DNA of 64,000 nt from Eledone cirrhosa (taxonomy: Eukaryota): assembly GCA_964016885.1 (NCBI GenBank), contig OZ024746.1, positions 30,008,001 to 30,072,000 on the forward strand. The letters run 5' to 3'. The notes below the pieces were generated by a model. The model was not told where the DNA came from. It did no database searches and saw nothing but the letters and a program-made list of their open reading frames with translations. Position 1 is the first letter of the stretch. Each line of letters opens with the position of its first letter. A program made the translations under genes and the position numbers. This document shows positions 30,251 through 43,100 of this stretch, piece after piece.

Positions 30251-30598
30251 TGGGGTAACAAGTTATCGTTATAGGTAATCCAGTTAGAGGTTGTGAGTAC
30301 TCTGCGTCGTGGATAGTTTTAACGTACGGCTTTGTTTGAGCCAACAAGATGTATCCATAGTTAGGCAGCGAGTTCGCGGTAATTCCTACGCAGATTATAC
30401 TTGGAGTAATAATAGTGAAAGAAGGAAGAGTAACATGGTTGGCTGTACAACAAGGGGCTTTATTTCAGGTATTAAACATTGTTTCATTGATCAGGTGAGT
30501 CTAGAGGTCGCTAATCGCTTCAAGTTGTGTCACTCGATCTCCATTACATTATTTACCTCTGATCAACACATCAGAATACGAAGATATCTTCGTATTCT
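30251..30598 (-). mobile_element. Diverged relative of the 718-2009 pLTR with hammerhead-like motif (30469-30579) and 26-bp terminal palindrome (30573-30598)
   Basis: Shared blocks GGGGTAACAA, GCGAGT.CGC.GTAATTCCTA, CTAGAG.TCGCTA, ACTCGATC; GTATT-CTGATGT-GTTGATCAG...CTGATCAAT-GAAA...AATAC. Confidence 0.72.
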
Positions 30599-30718
30599 AA
30601 AATATATATATACACATGTACAGGCAATATATAGTAGAATGCTGCTGAAGTGTGAATACATTATTTCGAGACACCCTTTATATATGGATAATATAAAAAG
30701 ACATGTACACACGCACAC

Positions 30719-30776
<58 letters not shown>

Positions 30777-30793
30777 ATATATATATGTATATA

Positions 30794-30874
<81 letters not shown>

Positions 30875-30881
<7 letters not shown>

Positions 30882-31546
30882 AAAAAGAAATACACTGATA
30901 CATGCAAATACATACGTATACATGCATATACACACATATATCCCTAAATTTGTGTGGTGCCAACCTTAACCGTTGTTGCTCTATGATTAATAGGGACAAA
31001 ATAATCTGAATGAATTAGATTGACTCAATATCAAAGCAATATAATACATTATAAAGAAAGAAGAAACATTAGACATAAACAAAAAAATATATATACCCCA
31101 TAAATTTACTGATATATGTGTGTATATGCATGTATATGTATGTATTCGTATGTATCTGTGTATTTCTTTTTATTGTCTATAACTCCCTACGGTAGAGTAA
31201 CCATAGAAGTATAGTTACTGCTGTCAAACTTACACTATTTACACTTCTAGCCCTCCTTAGTCACCTCGTCTCTAGCCGAGATATTAATACCCCCTCCGCC
31301 ATTTGTGGTATTTTTCTCTTGGTTGTAAGAGGCTTGACTCTGTTTCTTGACCACTGTATCACGTGATAAGTTCCCCCTTCGACTTACCGGGATTCTCTCT
31401 CACGCCTTGCGGACGTGTTTTGAAACTTTAATGAGGTATTCTCTTGATAAGTTGGCAACCCTCACAAAAATACTGCATCTCTATGATGTAATGTTTTTGC
31501 ATAGTAGCCACGAAACTGCGCAGTCGAGGATGTTGAGAATATTGGG
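30875..31546 (+). mobile_element. pLTR-like insertion between (TA)n runs with inverted repeat 30875-30942 / 31111-31176
   Basis: Inverted arms joined to (TA)n; well-formed hammerhead near the 3' end. Confidence 0.65.
31437..31532 (+). ncRNA. Type I hammerhead with U3-A8 variant core
   Basis: TATTCTC-TTGATAA-GTTGGC...GCCAC-GAAA-CTGCGCAGTC-GAGGATG: 7-bp stem I, palindromic stem III, GUC site. Confidence 0.75.
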
Positions 31547-31740
31547 TATATATATTTTTTTATTTATGTCTAATGTTTCTTCTTTATTTATAATGTATTA
31601 TATATATATATATATAATATATATTATATATAATGTAATATATAATATAATATATATATTATTATATATTATATATTATATATTATAATATTTTATATAT
31701 ATTATATATATAATATAACATAATATATATTATATATAAT

Positions 31741-31841
<101 letters not shown>

Positions 31842-31902
31842 ATAAATTAATAAAAATAATGAATAAAAACAAAGAAACAGATCCTTATATTAAAAAATTC
31901 AT

Positions 31903-32029
31903 CATTTTACGATCGTTTCAAGGATAGATATGTGTGTGTTGGTATGTATATCATATAGATCTATGTAAAAATTTTACAAACTATCAGAGGGAATATACAT
32001 AACTACACATATATGCTGTCTTCAGAAAT
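31903..32029 (-). ncRNA. Hammerhead with ~100-nt stem II in Naiad pLTR (right-arm copy 35152-35279 has GAAA>GAGA)
   Basis: ATTT-CTGAAGA-CAGCATAT...ATCCTT-GAAA-CGATCGTA-AAAT; stem I ATTT/AAAT, palindromic stem III ACGATCGT. Confidence 0.65.
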
Positions 32030-32560
32030 AATGATATTTGTTTATTGAAAAAAAACAACAAAGATTTAATCTAATAGGTCTGTTTGGGAACAGAAAAGTA
32101 GTAAGTGTTTAAGTTGATAGAATAGTATTAGTAGAAATTTAATTTAGGGAATGCATACTTCAGTTTTGAATGGAAAGAGTATTTTGAATGAAAAGATTAC
32201 TTTGGGGATGAAAATAGGTCAAGCCGGTGAAAGGTACACGAAAATTTGATGTTATTAAAGAATAATGCTAATGTTAAAATCTAAGGAGAATAACATTTTA
32301 CGATAAATGTGTTAGTGAAAAATATCAATCTTATTTAAAACATAAGGAATTTAGATCTATAAAAAGAAATTAAATTAATTTAATTGATAGGGATAAATTT
32401 ATATTAATTCATATAAATATGATAAATAAGAGTTACATGTGATTAAAGAATGTTGTTAAAAACGAAGGAAAAAGATTTTGGAGGGGGATAAATGTATTAG
32501 TGAGAAATAACAAACTTATATAGATTACAAGGAATTTAGATTCATAACATAAGAAAACAT

Positions 32561-34430
32561 GTTAATTTACCACTCTGGGAAAACACATCCCAGGTAATTA
32601 ACTCGTTTACTAATATTAGAAATAAATCATCTGCTTCATTTCTCCAATTCGATATAGATGCTTATTATCCCTCTATATCACCAATATTCCTGAACAAAGC
32701 CTTGATATTTGCCAAAAATAGATCAAACTTAACTATGGATGACATAAATATTATCACGCATGCTAGACAAACACTACTGGGATTTCAGAAGGAATACTGG
32801 ACCAGAAATACATATAGTAATCTATTCGACATTACTATGGGCTCTAGTTATTCTGTCCAAATTACCGATCTTTGGGCCTCTTTCTTCTATTTAACATAAA
32901 TGCTCTTTTCCCCACCTTAAAGGTGGTTTATATCGGGATGACTGTCTTCTTTCCACTAATCTTAGCCTATCAGAAATTGAAAAAAATAAAAAACTTATTA
33001 GAACTTTCCTCAAAGACTATTATAGTCTCACTATTACATTTGAAAACACCAGTAAAGTAGTTAATTTCCTTGATATAACTTTAGACTTATCTACGGGTAT
33101 CTACCAACCTTACCATAAACCTAACCAAAACTTACATTACATACATTCACAATCTAATCACCCTAGATCTATCCTTAAAAACCTAGCATATAATATCTCA
33201 CTCAGAATTTCTAACCTTTTATCTAACCAGGATGTATTCGATAAAAATGCGACCTTTTATAACGAAGCTTTAGCTAGAAGCGGCCACAAAAACAAATTAG
33301 TATATATACCTTTTACCAATAATACTACAAACATACAACCCAATATTACCAACAAACACCAAATGAAATATACACACCTAAATGCTACTCACACTATACC
33401 CAAAAATACCAACTTAAAACTTAATTTCTCTATCTCTTCTAATATACAATATAATAACTTTCAAAAAACCATTCATCTTAATATTCCAATATATGTTAAT
33501 AACATTACTAACAAAATTTCTAATAATCAGGGTAAAACACCTAAATCAGTGAATCTAACTAAACATATGTGTAATAAAATAAATAATACTAATTCTCTTA
33601 GTAAACATCAGGATACATCGTATAAAAATAAAAAAACAACATCGAAACCGTAATAGACGAGTTACTTGGTATAATGCTCCATTTAATCTACAAATTAAAG
33701 ATAATATACCTAAAAAATTGTTCACTCTCCTAGAGAAAAACTTCCCGCCAAACCATAAATACCATCAAATTTTAAGTAGATCAACGGTCAAATTCTCCTA
33801 CTCCACAACCAAAAATATACAACAAAATATAAGTGCCTACAATGCATATAAATGTAAAAAAAACATGAATATACCACCAACACATCAAACCTACCATAAT
33901 ACTAAAATAAACCACAGCAAACCACCATCTCATTCACATACAACAAGTCGAGAACATTCCACACCTAATTTGACTAACTCCCCTGATATAACATTCACGA
34001 AAGTTTGTAACTGTAGAAACAAAGCAAATTGCCCATTAAAAGGAAATTGCTTTAGTAATAACATAGTATATAAATGTAAAATTAGCACTAAGGACTCAAC
34101 TTATTCATATATAGGAGCTACTTCTAACCAATTTAAAGTAAGATTTAATACCGACAAACACAGTTTTAAAAATACCGCATTAGCTAATACAACATCCTTA
34201 GCTGAAATAATTAATAATTATAGAAAAAAGAATATCGATTATAACCTGACCTGAAGTGTGCTCAAAAGGGCCACTCCTTATCAAAATAATAGATATGAAT
34301 GTAGATTATGTTCCCAGGAACTTTTTAAAATAATGAAATCAAAGATATCCTATTAAATAAGCGACAAGAATTAATTATATCGTGCAATCATAGAATTAGA
34401 AAAACTTTCAAATATTATAAACCTAATTAA
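32561..34430 (+). pseudogene. Naiad-type PLE RT + GIY-YIG pseudogene (frameshifts/stops)
   Basis: FLQFDIDAYYPSI, FDITMGS, GGLYRDD (YRDD at 32931-32942), NFLDITLDL, SNHP, WYNAPFN, CNCRNKANCPLKGNC, IVYKC...YIGAT...FKVRF, CRLC. Confidence 0.88.
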
Positions 34431-35474
34431 TATACACTTATATTTTACAAATTATTATAATAATTTTTTTTTAATTAAGTTAACCTATAATTAATATTCT
34501 ACTACTAAGAACTACACAATTTTATTTCCCTTTTACAGCTATCTTTTCCTAAAATGTATACCAATAAGTATACATATAAACTATTTTAATTTCCTGTTAT
34601 GAATCTAAATTCCTTGTAATCTATATAAGTTTGTTATTTCTCACTAATACATTTATCCCCACAAAAATCTTTTTCTTTCGTTTTTAACAGCATTCTTTAA
34701 TAACATCTAACTCTTATTTATCATATCTATATGAATTAATATAAATTTATCCCTATAAATATACCTATCAATTAGATTAATTTAATTTCTTTTTATAGAT
34801 CTAAATTCCTTTTGTTTTAAATAAGATTGATTTTTTCACTAACACATTTATCGTAAAATGTTATTCTCCTTAGATTTTAACATTAGCATTATTCTTTAAT
34901 AACATCAAATTTTCGTGTACTTTTCACCGGCTTGACCTATTTTCATCCCCAAAGTAATCTTTTCATTCAAAATACTCTTTCCGTTCAAAACTGAAGTCTG
35001 CATTCCTCTACCCCTAAATTAAATTTCTACTACTACTATTCTATTAACTTAACCACTTACTACTTTTCTATTGGTCAATTCAAAACCTGTTCCCAAACAG
35101 ACCTATTGTATTAAATCTTTGTTGGTTTTTTTTCAATAAACAAATATCATTATTTCTGAAGACAGCATATATATGTGTAGTTATGTATATTCCCTCTGAT
35201 AATTTGTAAAATTTTTACATAGATCTATATGATATACATACCAACACACACATATATATCCTAGAGACGATCGTAAAATGATGAATTTTTTAATATAAGG
35301 AACTGTTTCTTTGTTTTTATTCATTATTTTTATTAATTTATCTTGACTCTGTTTTCCTGTATTTTTCATCGAAAAAATTTTGAATACATCTTCTCTTTTC
35401 ATGATATTTGGATTACATTGAGTTCTTTATCCGGATTTGACACTACCGTATATTTTGGTAGATTTAGCTACATA

Positions 35475-35487
35475 TATATTATAATAT
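35475..35487. repeat. Left putative target-site duplication TATATTATAATAT
   Basis: Identical 13-mer at 62760-62772; overlaps element end by 4 nt of microhomology. Confidence 0.7.
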
Positions 35488-35690
35488 TTGGGGAGGGTCA
35501 TATTTGCGTAATATTGCCAGAATTAATAACAGAACACACTCACTGTTTGGTTGGTTTTCGCTTCTCGCTGTCTTTTATATATATATATCTGCGATCTAAC
35601 TTACTCGGTCCTCAATGTTGCCATTGACTGACCGGCGGTCAAAAATAATACAGATACAATATAGACAAACACATATATATATAGTTTACA

Positions 35691-35724
35691 TAAATCTTTC
35701 GTTGCACATCTGCAACATCGTCAG
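35691..35724 (-). ncRNA. Same candidate hammerhead on minus arm (also 39824-39857, 43958-43991, 48090-48123)
   Basis: Reverse complement of the motif at 50058-50091. Confidence 0.72.
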
Positions 35725-36001
35725 TGGTGTTATATTCATTGTTCCTCCTGTTGTGTTGTATGTCTACGCCATTTTTTTTTTTTTTTTTTTTGTTCAGTCT
35801 GTCTATATATTTATTTATTTATTTGCTTGTTTGTTTATCTTATTTTATTTTGTCTTCTTTGCGCATGCGTTTGCGTGTGTGTATAGTGTTATGTGTGACT
35901 AGTGTGTATAGTGTTGTGTCTGCTGGGTGACTAGTGTGTGTTTATGTGCTTGTGTATGTATTTATTTATCTCATTTTATTTAATTTAATTTACTTATTTA
36001 T

Positions 36002-39000
36002 TTATACTTCTCTTAGGTCAGTGTTGTTTGTTTGGGTGTTGTTGTTGTTCCACTCATTCTTTCTGTTTAGCTTTGGTCTTCTAATTTCTATTTCACTGGC
36101 CTCTCTGATTTGCCTATCTGCTGGGTCATTCCTATGTTTAGATATTATTCTAATTTCTATGTTGTCTATGTTACCGTCATGATGTTGTCTAGCATGTTCG
36201 TATAGTACTGACCCGTTTTTTCGTCCTTTTAGTTCCCCCCAGTGTTGGTCTATCCTTTCACCTATGCTACGAGCTGTCTCACCTATGTATGTTGTTGTCG
36301 TGTTTCTGCAAGTACCCTCTGTACATCTTATGCTATAGACTACGTTTCTAGTTTTACAGTTTATCCGGGGGTTCACCTTACATATGATACATTTCCTATT
36401 GGTACAGTGGGTTTTCTTAAAAGGGTAGGTTTTGCTGATCAGGGATTTTATGGTGGTTCCTGGCTTTTCTACCACCTTTATTTTTAAGTGGGTCTTTCTC
36501 AGGGCCTTTCTACACTGGTTAGCTAATTTCCCTCCAGGGGTGGCGTCCACAAACATGACACTCTGATATCTCTGGTTGTCGTACCATGATGTGGCCTTCC
36601 CTATCTTATGTCTAGCCCTATCTAAGCTATTCCATGATTTGCTCCTGTATAGTGGGCAAATTCCTTTCATGTCCAGTTCTATGAGGGTCTTATACTTTTC
36701 CATGGCTCCTTCGTATACTCTGACTCTGTCTCTTTGGTTGTAGCCAGAGAACTGCATGCGGTTGATGAAGTGTTGGATGTGTCCTTCCATTTCTGTTGGG
36801 TCGCACATGCTGGACACATTCTTCATCACTCGTACCAAATCTGCGATCAGAATATTAAACTTAGCACTACTGGACATTGCTGAGTTTTTGAGTATCAGGT
36901 ATTTGGAGGCCATGGGTTTAGCATAGTGTGAGTGGAGAATTTGGGCTCTCTCGTCTATAGTGTTAATCCAGAGTTCTGTGTCTAATACAGGTAGTCTATT
37001 GTTAGGGTGTTTGGAAGGGAAGTCTATAGTTACAGTTATACTCTGGTGTATGGAATTAGCTATCTGCTGGATGCTTTCCATCGTGCTACGTTCTAAATCA
37101 AACTTGTTAGTGCTCTCTAGTGGGGGTGTTCTTATAACTATATTGATATCGTCTACATAACGAGAGTACATGATGAGGTCTATGGAGCTTTCATTAAGGA
37201 GATCTTTAAGTCTCCTTTCCCACCATACCATGAAAAGGTTGGCAACATCGCCAGCTATGCTGACGCCGATGGCTGCTCCCTCATTTTGGGTGTAGATTTT
37301 CTCATTGAACTTAAATATGTGGCCCTTTAGGGTAGTTTTGATACTAGCCCCTATTGCATGTGCGACCATTTTTCTTACCTGATCAGTGTTTTGGGGGGTC
37401 CGTATAGCTTTGGTCCACCCAATCCACCTTCCTATGGGAGTCTTTTTAGCCATTGAGGTTATGGTGGGGGGTCTACCTCTTATAGGTCTACTAGGGCAGA
37501 AACATCTAAGGTCATGGCTGTCTAGGTAGTCAGTGTCGTAGGTAAGTCTAAGTAGGAGGCCCAGTTCGTCTGTGTCGACGTCGCAGAACTCCACCTCACT
37601 CTCAATGATCATCTCCACACATCTTTTCACAGCAAAATCAATGTTAATGGATGGGTACAGTGACACCACATCCATGCTGCCTATTATGCAGTTGGATAGG
37701 CTCCTGTTTTTGTTGCACTCACTGATTCTGCTGAGGAGGTCCTCTGTACTTTCACATACATCTGGGGACATCTTGATTATGGGGCGTATAACCATTGAGA
37801 GGAAGTAGGAGATCCTGTAGTTGCTAGCTATATTAGCTCCGCATACAGGTCTTGTTGGTGGTCCTATTGTCGGGTCGTCGACTGTCTTGTGGTCTTTGCG
37901 GAGCCCATACAAGGGTGGTATGCCATTGTTAGACGCCTGGAAGTTGTTGGCAGTGCGTCTGCTTGGCTTTAGGATGTCAGTCCACATCATCATGTGAGCG
38001 TTGAGGATTTTTTCTCTCCCATCGTGTGTTAGTTGTGCAACTTCGCTCGTGTTGGTGATGTGGGGTTGCATTGCCTCGATGTAGTTCGGCATGCTATCTA
38101 TTGACATCCTACCAGACTTATCTGTGGGTAGACACACTACCTCACCATCCCTTGTGCGCTGCTTGAGGCTAACCAAGCCTTCTACAGGTTTTATCCCAAG
38201 TTGTTGGGCCTCTGGTCTGCTCTGTCTCATAGTGTACCTGTCTACTACTTGTCTAATCTTATTTCTAGCTATGGTGAACTGTGCCTCCGTCTCGTCATCT
38301 ATTTGTTGTGGTATGCAAACTCTTTTATTAAAGGGTAACCTCGTAGGATAGATATTACCCATCTTATATGTTTTGTCAGCTGGGTTGAAAAATAGTTTCT
38401 CTAAGGGGTTGTCGTTATTTCTATCGTCATAGTTGTGTGTGTTGCTATTATTGTTATCATGGTGGTTGTTGTTGTTTCTATCCTTAGCATTAATATTATT
38501 ATTGTTATGATTGCTAGATGTATTGTTGTTTACTTCACCGTTATTGTTGTTGTTGTTACTGCTATTTCTACCATTGTGGTTGTTACTATTATTATGTTTC
38601 TTGTTTTTGTTGATGTTGCTACATGTACTATTTCCATTATTACCACTGTGGTTATTGTTGTTGTTGTTGTTCGTATTGTTACCGTTATTACTACTGTGGT
38701 CACTGTTGCTGTGTCTGTGGTTAACGTTTCTATTATTATTATTATTGTGGTTGTTGTTGTTCTGTCTATCGCTAGTATTATTACCATTATCACTATTTCT
38801 CACTTTCCTGCCATTGTTATGGTTATGGCTGTTATTTCTATACCCAGAGTTATTGTTTATATTACTACTACCGTTATTATTGTTGTTGTTGTTTACCTTT
38901 GCATTCCAACGTATTTTTGTGAAACACTTTTCCAGCTCCGTTTTGCATTCCATAGGATTAATCTTTTTGTAGATGGCAAATTTTGGTGGTAACTTTAGGA

Positions 39001-39634
39001 TTTGTTGTTCTTGTTCACTGATTAAAGTGTTCCCATAGATATTTACTGTGTGGTCATTGGTAAATTCTTCCGGTAGTTTTACATCACTCATACGGATGTT
39101 GTCGATGTTATCTGGGTATTTTTGAGAATATTCGATTTTCCTTTCTTGTAGTTTTTTCTTATTCATCCATTCTAATTTCTTCTTGAAATGCCTACAGCAT
39201 TCGTTTTGAGCATATTTCGTTTCGCGTCGGATGACGCTCATGAAGTCATCTCTCTCGTTTGCTGTGATGAGATTTCGGATTTCCTTACCGTTGATGCGTT
39301 TTTGTCTGTAGAGTGCGTTGACTTTTGTGTATGTTGTTCTTTTCATATTAACTGTTATTGTGTGTTTTAGCCGTTCAGCTTGTGTTTTGTTCAATAATAA
39401 ATTATTTACTTGTTTTGATATGTTTGTTGTGTATGTTTTGGAGGAAACACAGTGTTTTAAGAAGCGGATTTGTTCTGTTGTTATTGTAGTTTTTATATAA
39501 CAGAAAACAGTGTCTTTCAATAACCTTTCAGCTTGGCACAAGCTAATGCCATAGCGGCGATGAATTAGTTTTGCGAGGTTTTTTATATGAAATCGTGTGT
39601 CGAAACAGATATTGTTATATTTGGGGAGGGTCAT
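36002..39634 (-). CDS. PLE polyprotein (RT + GIY-YIG endonuclease), copy 1
   Basis: RT motifs PPLYGLRKDHK, SMDVVSLYPSI, QNEGAAIG, RYVDD, LPVLD; Cys linker HCTNRKCIIC (Neptune-like); GIY-YIG VVYSIRC...YIGETARSIGERIDQH...REASEI...LNRKNEW. Confidence 0.96.
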   Translation of the reverse strand: MTLPKYNNICFDTRFHIKNLAKLIHRRYGISLCQAERLLKDTVFCYIKTTITTEQIRFLKHCVSSKTYTTNISKQVNNLLLNKTQAERLKHTITVNMKRTTYTKVNALYRQKRINGKEIRNLITANERDDFMSVIRRETKYAQNECCRHFKKKLEWMNKKKLQERKIEYSQKYPDNIDNIRMSDVKLPEEFTNDHTVNIYGNTLISEQEQQILKLPPKFAIYKKINPMECKTELEKCFTKIRWNAKVNNNNNNNGSSNINNNSGYRNNSHNHNNGRKVRNSDNGNNTSDRQNNNNHNNNNNRNVNHRHSNSDHSSNNGNNTNNNNNNNHSGNNGNSTCSNINKNKKHNNSNNHNGRNSSNNNNNNGEVNNNTSSNHNNNNINAKDRNNNNHHDNNNSNTHNYDDRNNDNPLEKLFFNPADKTYKMGNIYPTRLPFNKRVCIPQQIDDETEAQFTIARNKIRQVVDRYTMRQSRPEAQQLGIKPVEGLVSLKQRTRDGEVVCLPTDKSGRMSIDSMPNYIEAMQPHITNTSEVAQLTHDGREKILNAHMMMWTDILKPSRRTANNFQASNNGIPPLYGLRKDHKTVDDPTIGPPTRPVCGANIASNYRISYFLSMVIRPIIKMSPDVCESTEDLLSRISECNKNRSLSNCIIGSMDVVSLYPSINIDFAVKRCVEMIIESEVEFCDVDTDELGLLLRLTYDTDYLDSHDLRCFCPSRPIRGRPPTITSMAKKTPIGRWIGWTKAIRTPQNTDQVRKMVAHAIGASIKTTLKGHIFKFNEKIYTQNEGAAIGVSIAGDVANLFMVWWERRLKDLLNESSIDLIMYSRYVDDINIVIRTPPLESTNKFDLERSTMESIQQIANSIHQSITVTIDFPSKHPNNRLPVLDTELWINTIDERAQILHSHYAKPMASKYLILKNSAMSSSAKFNILIADLVRVMKNVSSMCDPTEMEGHIQHFINRMQFSGYNQRDRVRVYEGAMEKYKTLIELDMKGICPLYRSKSWNSLDRARHKIGKATSWYDNQRYQSVMFVDATPGGKLANQCRKALRKTHLKIKVVEKPGTTIKSLISKTYPFKKTHCTNRKCIICKVNPRINCKTRNVVYSIRCTEGTCRNTTTTYIGETARSIGERIDQHWGELKGRKNGSVLYEHARQHHDGNIDNIEIRIISKHRNDPADRQIREASEIEIRRPKLNRKNEWNNNNTQTNNTDLREV

Positions 39635-40135
39635 ATTTGCGTAATATTGCCAGAATTAATAACAGAACACACTCACTGTTTGGTTGGTTTTCGCTTCTCG
39701 CTGTCTTTTATATATATATATCTGCGATCTAACTTACTCGGTCCTCAATGTTGCCATTGACTGACCGGCGGTCAAAAATAATACAGATACAATATAGACA
39801 AACACATATATATATAGTTTACATAAATCTTTCGTTGCACATCTGCAACATCGTCAGTGGTGTTATATTCATTGTTCCTCCTGTTGTGTTGTATGTCTAC
39901 GCCATTTTTTTTTTTTTTTTTTTTTGTTCAGTCTGTCTATATATTTATTTATTTATTTGCTTGTTTGTTTATCTTATTTTATTTTGTCTTCTTTGCGCAT
40001 GCGTTTGCGTGTGTGTATAGTGTTATGTGTGACTAGTGTGTATAGTGTTGTGTCTGCTGGGTGACTAGTGTGTGTTTATGTGCTTGTGTATGTATTTATT
40101 TATCTCATTTTATTTAATTTAATTTACTTATTTAT

Positions 40136-43100
40136 TTATACTTCTCTTAGGTCAGTGTTGTTTGTTTGGGTGTTGTTGTTGTTCCACTCATTCTTTCTGT
40201 TTAGCTTTGGTCTTCTAATTTCTATTTCACTGGCCTCTCTGATTTGCCTATCTGCTGGGTCATTCCTATGTTTAGATATTATTCTAATTTCTATGTTGTC
40301 TATGTTACCGTCATGATGTTGTCTAGCATGTTCGTATAGTACTGACCCGTTTTTTCGTCCTTTTAGTTCCCCCCAGTGTTGGTCTATCCTTTCACCTATG
40401 CTACGAGCTGTCTCACCTATGTATGTTGTTGTCGTGTTTCTGCAAGTACCCTCTGTACATCTTATGCTATAGACTACGTTTCTAGTTTTACAGTTTATCC
40501 GGGGGTTCACCTTACATATGATACATTTCCTATTGGTACAGTGGGTTTTCTTAAAAGGGTAGGTTTTGCTGATCAGGGATTTTATGGTGGTTCCTGGCTT
40601 TTCTACCACCTTTATTTTTAAGTGGGTCTTTCTCAGGGCCTTTCTACACTGGTTAGCTAATTTCCCTCCAGGGGTGGCGTCCACAAACATGACACTCTGA
40701 TATCTCTGGTTGTCGTACCATGATGTGGCCTTCCCTATCTTATGTCTAGCCCTATCTAAGCTATTCCATGATTTGCTCCTGTATAGTGGGCAAATTCCTT
40801 TCATGTCCAGTTCTATGAGGGTCTTATACTTTTCCATGGCTCCTTCGTATACTCTGACTCTGTCTCTTTGGTTGTAGCCAGAGAACTGCATGCGGTTGAT
40901 GAAGTGTTGGATGTGTCCTTCCATTTCTGTTGGGTCGCACATGCTGGACACATTCTTCATCACTCGTACCAAATCTGCGATCAGAATATTAAACTTAGCA
41001 CTACTGGACATTGCTGAGTTTTTGAGTATCAGGTATTTGGAGGCCATGGGTTTAGCATAGTGTGAGTGGAGAATTTGGGCTCTCTCGTCTATAGTGTTAA
41101 TCCAGAGTTCTGTGTCTAATACAGGTAGTCTATTGTTAGGGTGTTTGGAAGGGAAGTCTATAGTTACAGTTATACTCTGGTGTATGGAATTAGCTATCTG
41201 CTGGATGCTTTCCATCGTGCTACGTTCTAAATCAAACTTGTTAGTGCTCTCTAGTGGGGGTGTTCTTATAACTATATTGATATCGTCTACATAACGAGAG
41301 TACATGATGAGGTCTATGGAGCTTTCATTAAGGAGATCTTTAAGTCTCCTTTCCCACCATACCATGAAAAGGTTGGCAACATCGCCAGCTATGCTGACGC
41401 CGATGGCTGCTCCCTCATTTTGGGTGTAGATTTTCTCATTGAACTTAAATATGTGGCCCTTTAGGGTAGTTTTGATACTAGCCCCTATTGCATGTGCGAC
41501 CATTTTTCTTACCTGATCAGTGTTTTGGGGGGTCCGTATAGCTTTGGTCCACCCAATCCACCTTCCTATGGGAGTCTTTTTAGCCATTGAGGTTATGGTG
41601 GGGGGTCTACCTCTTATAGGTCTACTAGGGCAGAAACATCTAAGGTCATGGCTGTCTAGGTAGTCAGTGTCGTAGGTAAGTCTAAGTAGGAGGCCCAGTT
41701 CGTCTGTGTCGACGTCGCAGAACTCCACCTCACTCTCAATGATCATCTCCACACATCTTTTCACAGCAAAATCAATGTTAATGGATGGGTACAGTGACAC
41801 CACATCCATGCTGCCTATTATGCAGTTGGATAGGCTCCTGTTTTTGTTGCACTCACTGATTCTGCTGAGGAGGTCCTCTGTACTTTCACATACATCTGGG
41901 GACATCTTGATTATGGGGCGTATAACCATTGAGAGGAAGTAGGAGATCCTGTAGTTGCTAGCTATATTAGCTCCGCATACAGGTCTTGTTGGTGGTCCTA
42001 TTGTCGGGTCGTCGACTGTCTTGTGGTCTTTGCGGAGCCCATACAAGGGTGGTATGCCATTGTTAGACGCCTGGAAGTTGTTGGCAGTGCGTCTGCTTGG
42101 CTTTAGGATGTCAGTCCACATCATCATGTGAGCGTTGAGGATTTTTTCTCTCCCATCGTGTGTTAGTTGTGCAACTTCGCTCGTGTTGGTGATGTGGGGT
42201 TGCATTGCCTCGATGTAGTTCGGCATGCTATCTATTGACATCCTACCAGACTTATCTGTGGGTAGACACACTACCTCACCATCCCTTGTGCGCTGCTTGA
42301 GGCTAACCAAGCCTTCTACAGGTTTTATCCCAAGTTGTTGGGCCTCTGGTCTGCTCTGTCTCATAGTGTACCTGTCTACTACTTGTCTAATCTTATTTCT
42401 AGCTATGGTGAACTGTGCCTCCGTCTCGTCATCTATTTGTTGTGGTATGCAAACTCTTTTATTAAAGGGTAACCTCGTAGGATAGATATTACCCATCTTA
42501 TATGTTTTGTCAGCTGGGTTGAAAAATAGTTTCTCTAAGGGGTTGTCGTTATTTCTATCGTCATAGTTGTGTGTGTTGCTATTATTGTTATCATGGTGGT
42601 TGTTGTTGTTTCTATCCTTAGCATTAATATTATTATTGTTATGATTGCTAGATGTATTGTTGTTTACTTCACCGTTATTGTTGTTGTTGTTACTGTTATT
42701 TCTACCATTGTGGTTGTTACTATTATTATGTTTCTTGTTTTTGTTGATGTTGCTACATGTACTATTTCCATTATTACCACTGTGGTTATTGTTGTTGTTG
42801 TTGTTCGTATTGTTACCGTTATTACTACTGTGGTCACTGTTGCTGTGTCTGTGGTTAACGTTTCTATTATTATTATTATTGTGGTTGTTGTTGTTCTGTC
42901 TATCGCTAGTATTATTACCATTATCACTATTTCTCACTTTCCTGCCATTGTTATGGTTATGGCTGTTATTTCTATACCCAGAGTTATTGTTTATATTACT
43001 ACTACCGTTATTATTGTTGTTGTTGTTTACCTTTGCATTCCAACGTATTTTTGTGAAACACTTTTCCAGCTCCGTTTTGCATTCCATAGGATTAATCTTT

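Larger units (their letters stand above)
31842..35470 (+). mobile_element. Decayed Naiad-type PLE with inverted pseudo-LTR (31842-32549 inverted relative to 34595-35341)
   Basis: ~710-750-bp inverted repeats around a 5'-truncated RT/GIY-YIG pseudogene; (TA)n on the left flank; right boundary approximate. Confidence 0.88.

Noticed and set aside
34252-34254. In-frame TGA in the Naiad-type ORF as possible selenocysteine (some Naiads encode selenoproteins)
   Set aside because: It falls where Trp is expected (YNLT-W-SVLK), the conserved Cys positions use normal Cys codons, and the copy has other disablements.
31842-35341. Long inverted repeats as DNA-transposon TIRs
   Set aside because: Internal ORF is RT + GIY-YIG and the repeat carries a hammerhead, so it is an inverted pLTR.
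35417-35429. ATTGAGTTCTTTA also present at ~62953 on the other side of the array
   Set aside because: Not at the junctions and no extended homology; probably chance.
38435-38992. Hydrophobic 185-aa and 153-aa antisense ORFs (and the Thr-rich 87-aa ORF) in each PLE unit
   Set aside because: Shadows of the AAC/AAT-rich Asn tract, which is stop-poor in other frames; no independent evidence of coding.
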